This document shows positions 61,927 through 64,000 of a DNA stretch of 64,000 nt, piece by piece. This DNA is from an uncultured delta proteobacterium (GTDB taxonomy: Bacteria > Desulfobacterota > Desulfuromonadia > Geobacterales > DSM-12255): assembly GCA_963787125.1 (NCBI GenBank), contig CAWBBV010000005.1, forward strand, positions 75,831 through 139,830, in the 5' to 3' direction. Position 1 is the stretch's first letter. Each line of letters opens with the position of its first letter. Below the pieces are notes generated by a model that was given only the letters and a program-made list of their open reading frames with translations, searched no databases and was not told the DNA's origin. The translations under genes and the position numbers were made by a program.

Positions 61927-62834
61927 TACCCCAGTTTCGCCGTCATGGCCGGGACAAACTGCATGACATCGGCAACCACCAGCACGTCGGCTATCTCGCC
62001 GATCGGGGCATCTTTGTCTTTGTTGATGGCGATGATGAAGTCAGATTTCTTCATCCCGGCCAAATGCTGGATGGCACCGGAGACACCGCAGGCGATGTAC
62101 AGTTTGGGGCTGACGGTCTGGCCGGTGGTCCCTACCTGATGGCTGTGCTCGACCCAACCGGCGTCGACGACCGGGCGACTGGCACCCAGTTCGCCGCCAA
62201 GGGCTTTGGCGAGCGCCTGGATGGTGGCGACGTTGTCTTTTTTACCGATCCCCCGGCCGGCGGTGACGATGATTTCGGCTTTAGCCAGGTCGACGTCTTT
62301 GGCTTCGGCCGGTTCGTACCCCTGAAATTCCAGACCGCTGGCGGCGGTGGCGGTGAGTTTTTCTATCTGCGGGACGCCGCCGGGGATGAGGACGGGGAAG
62401 GCGCCCGATTGGATGGTGAGGACGGCGGTTTTTGTCTGGGGGGTGACGGTTCGGCGCATTTTGGCGTTGCAGCAGCCAACTTCAAGTTGCCCGTCTTTGA
62501 TGGCGGTTATTTCGGAGATCTGGGCACTTTTCAGGCTGGCGGCTATGCGCGGTGCCAGGTCCCAGCCGTAGGAGGAGTGGACGAAGACGATGTAGTCGGG
62601 GTTTTCTTTGGCTATGGCCTGGAGGATGAGCGCTTTGTGGAGGTCGGGGTTGTATTCTCCGGCGGCGGCTACGTCGGCCAGGTAGAGCCTGCTGCTGCAG
62701 GCGGGGAGTGCCGTTTCGCTGCCGACGAGGAAGAGAACGCTGTCGGCGCCGAGTTCTTGGGCAAAGCCGAGGAGTTCGTAGGTGGTGTCAAGGAGTCTGC
62801 CTTCACGGGTTTCGCCTATGAGTAATGTTTTCAT
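61926..62834 (-). CDS. etfA: Electron transfer flavoprotein alpha subunit
   Basis: [45 protein letters not shown]. Confidence 0.93.
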   Translation of the reverse strand: MKTLLIGETREGRLLDTTYELLGFAQELGADSVLFLVGSETALPACSSRLYLADVAAAGEYNPDLHKALILQAIAKENPDYIVFVHSSYGWDLAPRIAASLKSAQISEITAIKDGQLEVGCCNAKMRRTVTPQTKTAVLTIQSGAFPVLIPGGVPQIEKLTATAASGLEFQGYEPAEAKDVDLAKAEIIVTAGRGIGKKDNVATIQALAKALGGELGASRPVVDAGWVEHSHQVGTTGQTVSPKLYIACGVSGAIQHLAGMKKSDFIIAINKDKDAPIGEIADVLVVADVMQFVPAMTAKLG

Positions 62835-62863
62835 GATTGTCTCCTTAGAGTCTTAAAACCTTG

Positions 62864-62994
62864 ATAGAACGCGGATGACGCGGATTGAGCGGATAAGAAC
62901 GGATAAATCAAATTCGTTTTTTGGGTTAAACTTAAAGTCTTTCAGGTTTTAATCTCCGTGTAAATCCGCTAGATCCGCGTCATCCGCGTTCTAT
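62864..62994. repeat. Periodic palindromic repeat element, copy 1
   Basis: Perfect 22-bp terminal IR ATAGAACGCGGATGACGCGGAT / ATCCGCGTCATCCGCGTTCTAT with further CGGAT units inside. Confidence 0.85.
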
Positions 62995-63013
62995 TGCCTT
63001 TTGATTATTTTTT

Positions 63014-63792
63014 CTATCGCAGTACTGATGTTTTCTCTTTCAGTATGGTAATCACTTTCGCAACGAGTTCACTGACGTCCCCTTCGAGTACGATTCCGCT
63101 CCCTTTTTTGGCGGGTGGGTGGAAGCTGGCGGTGGTGGTGAGGGCTGTGTCTTTTAAGAGGTCGGCTACGGGGATGAGGGTGATCTCTTTCTTTTTGGCT
63201 TTCATGATGTTGGGGAGGGTCGGGTATCTGGGGGTGTTGAGGCCGAGCTGGCAGGTGACGACGGCGGGGGTTTTGAGTTTGACTACCCCTTTGAGGCCTC
63301 CTTCCAGTTCCCGTTTGGCGGTGATGACGCCGCTCTCATAGGCAAAGCCGATGAGGGTGGTGGCACAGCTGTGAGCCGAGCAGTTCTGCAAGGAGGACGC
63401 CGATCTGGGCTGAGCCGCGATCTTGTGATTGCATGCCGGTGAAGATGATGTCGTACCCCTGGTCTTTGGCGTGGGCGGCGATGATGGTGGCTATCTGCCA
63501 GGGGTCTTTTCCGGCGGCGTCCTGGTCCTGGATATGGACGGCTTTGTCAGCGCCCATGGCGAGGGCTTTTTTGATTGACTTCGACTACTCGGTCAGGGCC
63601 GATGGAGAGGACGGTGAGTTCGCACCCTTCGCCCTGTTTTTCTCGCAGTTTGACAGCTTCTTCGACGGCGTATTCGTCGTATTCGTTCATCCGCCAGGCC
63701 AGGTCGGTTTCTGAGTACCAGGTCCCTTTGGCGTCGGGTTTGAATCTCGATTCCATGTCGGGGACTTGTTTGATGCAGACCAGTAGTTTCAT
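63014..63792 (-). pseudogene. etfB: Electron transfer flavoprotein beta subunit, split by two +1 frameshifts
   Basis: Three consecutive ORFs give MKLLVCIKQVPD...DEYAVEEA / ALAMGADKA...GMQSQD / ...PRYPTLPNIMKAKKK; removing one base near 63578 and one near 63373 restores a 258-aa EtfB. Confidence 0.85.
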
Positions 63793-63824
63793 ATTGTTTC
63801 CTCCTGTTAAAATCTAAAACCTTA

Positions 63825-63963
63825 ATAGAACGCGGATGACGCGGATTGAGCGGATAAAGGCGGATAAAGGCGGATAAATCAGATTCTTTTTTGGTTAACC
63901 CCACCAAGCTTTTGCACTCAAAATCCGTGTAGATCAGCTACATCCGCGTCATCCGCGGTCTAT
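63825..63963. repeat. Periodic palindromic repeat element, copy 2
   Basis: ATAGAACGCGGATGACGCGGATTGAGCGGATAA identical to copy 1; right arm ATCCGCGTCATCCGCGGTCTAT. Confidence 0.85.
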
Positions 63964-64000
63964 TATTTTTGTTTTTTAAGCTGTTATCCTCTCAGCCACA

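Noticed and set aside
62864..63963. Possible CRISPR array
   Set aside because: The units are short, periodic and arranged as inverted arms, with no unique 30-40 nt spacers and no cas genes
1..64000. Prophage, IS element, integrase or rRNA
   Set aside because: No transposase, recombinase, phage structural or rRNA signature was recognised

Overview
Chromosomal window from a Geobacteraceae-like deltaproteobacterium, inferred from the c7-type and CxxxxCH multiheme cytochromes, a PEP-CTERM protein and a CIRCE-controlled rpoH. The housekeeping backbone is nadC-birA-coaX-fusA paralog, dnaE-accA, ung, rpoH, ilvE, clpB, tRNA-Arg(UCG), folK and a transaldolase, with an etfBA/CoA-transferase/acyl-CoA dehydrogenase operon at the right end; etfB carries two +1 frameshifts. 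Main accessory content: (i) a 15-kb locus of three giant multiheme cytochromes (about 32, 29 and 52 heme-binding motifs by manual count) plus an Ig-like protein, behind a sigma54-type promoter. The middle gene looks like a chimera of its two neighbours, and all three repeat an aromatic-x-x-x-S/T motif that could be the target of a TMTC-like glycosyltransferase encoded in the window. (ii) A small toxin-antitoxin islet at 8-11.3 kb with an attC-like hairpin and an orphan antitoxin-like sORF. (iii) Unannotated small elements: a 29-aa membrane peptide behind a sigma54-type promoter, a candidate multi-stem RNA near folK, and a family of periodic palindromic repeats. No CRISPR array, rRNA, transposase or integrase was seen. 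All family assignments come from motif recognition by eye, not from database searches.
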